14,313 nt of DNA, from NCBI GenBank assembly GCA_035387745.1, contig DAOOON010000005.1:1-14313 (forward strand), written 5' to 3'. This DNA comes from an archaeon. GTDB lineage: Archaea > Iainarchaeota > Iainarchaeia > Iainarchaeales > CSSED10-239. Positions within the stretch are counted from its first letter, which is position 1. Each line of letters opens with the position of its first letter. Positions 7,034-11,322 of the stretch are shown piece after piece. Below the pieces are notes generated by a model. That model worked only from the letters and a program-made list of their open reading frames with translations. It ran no database searches and was not told where the DNA came from. Made by a program: the position numbers and the translations under genes.

Positions 7034-7273
7034 ATGAACTTAAAACAAGAGCTTAAGAGATTATGGCTTGATAAAAGAGCGCAAGGGGATGGCGCTTCCA
7101 CCCTCTATATGCTTATTATCATAGCTATAGTTGCTCTTGTTCTAATTGCAGTCATTAAACCTATGTTTAATAGCAGTATGAAAACTTCAATGAATGTCGC
7201 AGACTTGCCTAACCAAGGTACAACTGCGACCCCAACAGTCAATTCTACAGCACCAACTACTGGCTCAAGCTGA
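7034..7273 (+). CDS. Short pilin-like protein (Flp/EpdE-like size) with a T/P/S-rich tail
   Basis: 79 aa; AGGT at 7025-7028. MNLKQELKRLWLDKRA|QGDGASTLYMLIIIAIVALVLIAVIKP, followed by only ~35 aa ending NQGTTATPTVNSTAPTTGSS. Two N-glycosylation sequons (NSS, NST). No Cys. Confidence 0.65.
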   Translation: MNLKQELKRLWLDKRAQGDGASTLYMLIIIAIVALVLIAVIKPMFNSSMKTSMNVADLPNQGTTATPTVNSTAPTTGSS

Positions 7274-7292
7274 TTTCTTTAAAACAACAAGC

Positions 7293-7303
7293 TTTTTAAA
7301 TTC
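7293..7303 (+). promoter_or_regulatory. TATA-box-like element (ctttttaaatt) about 27 nt upstream of ATG 7326, possible internal promoter giving a leaderless mRNA
   Basis: The 52-nt gap 7274-7325 has no Shine-Dalgarno-like motif, unlike neighbouring genes. The TTTTTAAA element is preceded by an A-rich BRE-like stretch (aaaacaacaa) at the archaeal -26/-27 spacing. TATA-like strings are common in this AT-rich DNA. Confidence 0.3.
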
Positions 7304-7325
7304 TTTTTCTATATTTATTTCTAAG

Positions 7326-7928
7326 ATGAACAAAAACAAAAATATATTTTTGATAAAAAGTAGTAAGGCTCAAGCAAGCGCGCCTTTTGAAGTTCTTGTA
7401 GCTGTTATTCTTATGGGCTTTGTTATTATGGCAGGTACCTGGGCTTTAATCAACCTAAACCAAAGCGTTTGTGTAGGTAATAAACGACAAAGCATGAGCG
7501 AAATGAAAGGTATAATCGAAGATATAATAATGGGTTCTGATTTAGCAGTTAAAAATGTGAAATTTGATATACAGCCTTGTTTTAATGAAAAATTTGAAGC
7601 AATAACCTTAAAGACCTATACTAACGAAACACTCTGTACTTCTTATTGTAATGCAGGAGAAACCTGTACCTTAATGGAATATGTTTATGATGATGATAAA
7701 ACTACGAAACGACCTATTGCTCCTATGTGTTTAAATCTACCAACTGCAATTAATTATGCAAGTTCTGCTGAAGGTTGTGAAGAAAATTCTGAGGAATGGC
7801 TAGCTTTGAATTTTGGTGGCAGTAATCCAAATTCTATATTAACAAGCGGCAGCTATAAGATTTTCATGAGAAGTCAGACAGGAACAGATTCTATAAGAGA
7901 ATTGTGTTTTTTAAAAAAAATTGATTAA
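7326..7928 (+). CDS. Pilin-like protein with a class III signal peptide (Cys-rich globular domain)
   Basis: 200 aa from ATG 7326. The track ORF starts at 7194 but overlaps the previous gene out of frame. The N-terminus MNKNKNIFLIKSSKA|QASAPFEVLVAVILMGFVIMAGTWALI fits Q-x-S-x-x-x-E-x-L. 8 Cys and NQS/NET sequons in the mature part. Confidence 0.7.
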   Translation: MNKNKNIFLIKSSKAQASAPFEVLVAVILMGFVIMAGTWALINLNQSVCVGNKRQSMSEMKGIIEDIIMGSDLAVKNVKFDIQPCFNEKFEAITLKTYTNETLCTSYCNAGETCTLMEYVYDDDKTTKRPIAPMCLNLPTAINYASSAEGCEENSEEWLALNFGGSNPNSILTSGSYKIFMRSQTGTDSIRELCFLKKID

Positions 7929-7930
7929 AA

Positions 7931-8587
7931 ATGATTGAGTTTTCTTTATCAAAATTAAATTTATTAATTTTTGTAACAGCAATTGCTGCAATAGTAATAT
8001 TCTTTATAGCAACATTTAATTCTAGTATGAAAACAAGACAAAGCTATGAATTGGTTTACAAAGTGGGAAAAGAAATAAAGACCGGGATAGAAAACGAAAG
8101 CTATTGTACTGTAAAATTTATAACAATACCAAAAACCATACAAACAAATTCTGGAAATTCTGATACCTTTAATATGAGATATAAATTAAATGTTTCTGCA
8201 TATTCTGTAGGCGATGATTCAAAAAGGTTAGTTCTTACTGTAATGGATAGAAAAGAAAAACCAAAAATCTATGCTGCTTACGATATTGACTATAATGGTT
8301 CAGTTGCGTTATATGCATCAGAAAGCTGTACAAGTTTTCCAAACTGTACAATTACCAAGTCAGAAAATTTTTCTGTAGATTTTGATCCATCTAAAAGAGA
8401 TTCGATAGACACACAAATACTTTTTGCAAAGATTATTTCAAATGGAAACCCCATAATTTTCTTAATTCCGTGTCTTGAAAAAAAAGGAATATATACTTGC
8501 AGAGAATTTATAAATACGAAAGATTTAAAGACGTTGATTCCTTGTTTAAATATAGTTAGTGATTTAGTAAATTATACTGATAATTAG
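7931..8587 (+). CDS. N-terminally anchored secreted protein, possible minor pilin or assembly factor
   Basis: 218 aa; starts 2 nt after the previous stop. The N-terminus MIEFSLSKLNLLIFVTAIAAIVIFFIATFNSSMKT is a hydrophobic helix without a clear [KR]G|Q site. 6 Cys and 7 N-x-S/T sequons (NSS, NES, NVS, NGS, NCT, NFS, NYT) suggest an extracellular glycoprotein. Confidence 0.55.
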   Translation: MIEFSLSKLNLLIFVTAIAAIVIFFIATFNSSMKTRQSYELVYKVGKEIKTGIENESYCTVKFITIPKTIQTNSGNSDTFNMRYKLNVSAYSVGDDSKRLVLTVMDRKEKPKIYAAYDIDYNGSVALYASESCTSFPNCTITKSENFSVDFDPSKRDSIDTQILFAKIISNGNPIIFLIPCLEKKGIYTCREFINTKDLKTLIPCLNIVSDLVNYTDN

Positions 8588-8595
8588 GATTAAAC

Positions 8596-9108
8596 ATGAA
8601 TAACAAAAAAGGATATATTGGCGCAATTGGAGACGATCTCCCAAGCTTAATACCAATATTTGTAGGTTTAACTATCTTTTTTGCAGTTTTTTTAAATACC
8701 TATAATGTTTATAGAAATAACACAGATCTTTATTCCTTAAGAAATGATGCAATTAATATTTCAGGAATAATAAAAGAAAATCCAATTATTTCAGACCAAA
8801 ATCAATTTATAAAATCTTGTAACAGAGTTAAAACAAAATACAATTGGAATGCGTTTATTATACCGTTAGATCTTAATAGTGAAAATTATAACGGCTTAAC
8901 TATTGATGACTTAGAAGTAGAAAACATTATGAAACATTGGGCAGAAACCGAATCTCAACCTAGAAAATTAATATGTGATTCTGAGGGATTAGGGGCTTTA
9001 AGAACTGCATTACAAACAAAAGATGTAACTGTCTATAAATATCCAATAACTGTTCAACAACAATTTTATGTAGAACCTGCATGGATTTACATTGTTGTGT
9101 GGAAATGA
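8596..9108 (+). CDS. Pilin-like protein with an atypical N-terminus
   Basis: 170 aa; AGGA at 8586-8589. MNNKKG|YIGAIGDDLPSLIPIFVGLTIFFAVFL has basic-G followed by a hydrophobic helix. 2 Cys, NNT and NIS sequons. The domain was not recognised. Confidence 0.55.
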   Translation: MNNKKGYIGAIGDDLPSLIPIFVGLTIFFAVFLNTYNVYRNNTDLYSLRNDAINISGIIKENPIISDQNQFIKSCNRVKTKYNWNAFIIPLDLNSENYNGLTIDDLEVENIMKHWAETESQPRKLICDSEGLGALRTALQTKDVTVYKYPITVQQQFYVEPAWIYIVVWK

Positions 9109-9114
9109 TATAAA

Positions 9115-9918
9115 ATGCAATTAATAAAAATAAAAACGAGAAAAGGTCAAGCAGCAATAACAGATGCTTTATTTTTCTTAATTATAATTGTCGCCCTGTC
9201 TGTATTAATGTTTAGATATTCTTCTACTTATGGCAACAGAATAGAACAAGCAAGTTCTGATTTATATTATAAAGAATATACAAATTCGGTTCTAAAAACC
9301 ATATTTTATGTATCTGCACCTTTAGATTTTGATTTAAATCTTGAAAAAACCAAACAAAACGATTATTTAATGGCTCTTGTAAAACAAGATTATTATGCAC
9401 AGGGAAAACTTGGTTTTTCTGATATGAATGATCTAAAAACAGATAATTATTTAGACATTGCAAAATACAATTTATTTCATACAATTAAAGCCACTATGCG
9501 TCCATTAGAATCACAAGATTATTTGTTCTATATTTTTAATAATGAAGATTCTAATTTTTTATATTTTACAATTAAGAACACACACTTTGAAATATCAGAA
9601 GCTAATCCAAATAGTGGAGTAGATGCGGTTAGAGGAGTTACAAGATACATACTAACAGAAAATCCATATCATTATTATCTTTGTGATCCTGAAAGTTATG
9701 AAGATGTAAGAGCTGTTGTTTCTAGGTCTCCAAAGATTTTTTCCTCTTCTATACCTTTGTCGTTTACATATAATTATAGTACTTATGCACAACTTGGGAT
9801 AAAAGAAGATATTGTTACTTCCACTTTTGCAATGTGGCCAGCAACAGTCGATATAAATAGCGATTTGCTTATTCCATTAAATTGTAAAGAAGTTGATCCC
9901 CTATCTAGCAATCCATAA
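9115..9918 (+). CDS. Pilin-like protein with a class III signal peptide (largest of the set)
   Basis: 267 aa. MQLIKIKTRKG|QAAITDALFFLIIIVALSVLMF is a clean basic-G|Q plus hydrophobic helix. 2 Cys in the mature part. Last gene of the same-strand run. Confidence 0.7.
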   Translation: MQLIKIKTRKGQAAITDALFFLIIIVALSVLMFRYSSTYGNRIEQASSDLYYKEYTNSVLKTIFYVSAPLDFDLNLEKTKQNDYLMALVKQDYYAQGKLGFSDMNDLKTDNYLDIAKYNLFHTIKATMRPLESQDYLFYIFNNEDSNFLYFTIKNTHFEISEANPNSGVDAVRGVTRYILTENPYHYYLCDPESYEDVRAVVSRSPKIFSSSIPLSFTYNYSTYAQLGIKEDIVTSTFAMWPATVDINSDLLIPLNCKEVDPLSSNP

Positions 9919-9939
9919 GCCATACTACCAGTTAATTAA

Positions 9940-10674
9940 TTAAAACTTCAAACCTAATTCGTCATCAGAATCTGCGTCTTCTGCATCATCATCTCCAAAA
10001 TCTAATTTTAATTCTTCTTTTTTAGGTTTTGATGATTCTTTATTCTTTACTATTTTATCTTTAATATTATCTTCTGATTTTTTTGTTGTTTCTTTACTTT
10101 TCTTTTCTTTTGCGTTTTGAATTGCTTTTTCAACTATTTTTTCTTTTTTTGCCTTTTCTCTTATATCTTCTTTTTTATTTTCTTCTACAACATCATCTAT
10201 TACTTTCTCTAGCTCTTCTCTGTCATTTAAGAAATCATAATTTTCTTTGGTTTTAACAGTATTTGTTGAAGTACTGCCAGTTATATTTCTAGAACCCCTA
10301 TAATGTGCGTTGCTTTGAACAACTTGCTTAACACTTTCTTGAGTAACATTAACATCTCTTACTGATAATTGAGAATATATCATTTCTGCGATTTCATCAA
10401 TATCTGGATCAATTCTGTTTTTTAGGTCTATGAGTATTTTATCTATAATTTTTTGCTTTTCTTCAGAATTTAATTTTTTATTTTCTTTTATAGATTTTAA
10501 TGTTTTTTCTGGTATTTCTCTTGTTGATTTTAATTCTGTTTCTTTTTTTTCAGGAACCATTTTTTTTGTATCTTTTTTAGGTTTAGTTATTGGTGTGTCA
10601 CCATAAACCATTTCTCCATTTTCTTCTTTTCTATAAAATCTGCGCTCTCTTCTCTTAATTTTGTTAATATCCAT
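9940..10674 (-). CDS. K/E-rich low-complexity protein with an acidic C-terminal tail (hypothetical)
   Basis: 244 aa from ATG 10674 (MDINKIKRRERRF...). GAGGA (reverse complement of 10681-10685) lies 6 nt upstream. The track start at 10701 has no such motif. Two long K/E-rich stretches flank a short ordinary-composition core (IDEIAEMIYSQLSVRDVNVTQESVKQVV). The protein ends ...FGDDDAEDADSDDELGLKF. Confidence 0.6.
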   Translation of the reverse strand: MDINKIKRRERRFYRKEENGEMVYGDTPITKPKKDTKKMVPEKKETELKSTREIPEKTLKSIKENKKLNSEEKQKIIDKILIDLKNRIDPDIDEIAEMIYSQLSVRDVNVTQESVKQVVQSNAHYRGSRNITGSTSTNTVKTKENYDFLNDREELEKVIDDVVEENKKEDIREKAKKEKIVEKAIQNAKEKKSKETTKKSEDNIKDKIVKNKESSKPKKEELKLDFGDDDAEDADSDDELGLKF

Positions 10675-10773
10675 AATTATTCCTCTTTTTTCTATAAACA
10701 TATAAGTATATAATATTTAAAAACTATTATGCTAATATATATTTAACTAAAATATTATAAAAAGGCATAAATA

Positions 10774-11310
10774 ATGAATGAATTATTATTAAGCACACTA
10801 AATTACATATGGGTTTTTATTAAATTATTACTATTTAGTGCTTTGTTGGCTCTGCCATTTATTGGTTTAACCTATCTTTTCCAGAAAAAATTTAATTGGT
10901 TAAGACTTGATAAAAAGCTAAGCTTTGCAAAGTCTTTGTTTATTATTATTTTTGTTATTTCATATATTGCTTTAATAATAGTTTATTTTGTGCCGGTATT
11001 AGATAAGTTCTCAACATTTACTTTCTTTGAAGGCGTCTTATTTGTATTGATACAAATTGTAAGGTTATTTTTAGTAAATTTATTATTTACTGGAATGTTT
11101 TTTATTATTGCAATGTTTATATCAATGTTATATGATTCCTTTATGGAAAAAAAAGAAAAAAAGAAGAAAACAAAAAAGCAAAAATCAGAAAAATTAGTTT
11201 TTATAGACCTTTGGAAAAGTTTTGCTATGGTTTTGTTTGTTGTTATGTTATTCTTAATAATAATATTCCCATCATTAATTGCAATGATTTTATATTTGAT
11301 ATTTATGTAA
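10774..11310 (+). CDS. Small polytopic membrane protein (4-5 TM) with a poly-Lys cytoplasmic loop
   Basis: 178 aa, ATG at 10774. Hydrophobic helices are interrupted by MEKKEKKKKTKKQKSEK. The stop is 12 nt before the start of the giant ORF, suggesting co-transcription. Confidence 0.6.
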   Translation: MNELLLSTLNYIWVFIKLLLFSALLALPFIGLTYLFQKKFNWLRLDKKLSFAKSLFIIIFVISYIALIIVYFVPVLDKFSTFTFFEGVLFVLIQIVRLFLVNLLFTGMFFIIAMFISMLYDSFMEKKEKKKKTKKQKSEKLVFIDLWKSFAMVLFVVMLFLIIIFPSLIAMILYLIFM

Positions 11311-11322
11311 GGTGTTTTTTAA

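Noticed and set aside
7194-7325. Upstream extension of the 7326 ORF, overlapping the end of the 7034 gene
   Set aside because: The extension overlaps the preceding CDS out of frame and encodes no signal-like sequence. The class III signal appears right after Met at 7326.
9932-9943. Palindrome ttaattaattaa between the convergent 9918 and 9940 gene ends, as a possible terminator
   Set aside because: It is a pure A/T palindrome that overlaps the minus-strand stop codon. It forms no stable stem and has no adjacent oligo-T tract.
10675-10701. Nine-codon extension of the K/E-rich ORF (MFIEKRGII)
   Set aside because: The GAGGA ribosome-binding motif lies inside this extension, 6 nt upstream of the second ATG at 10674.
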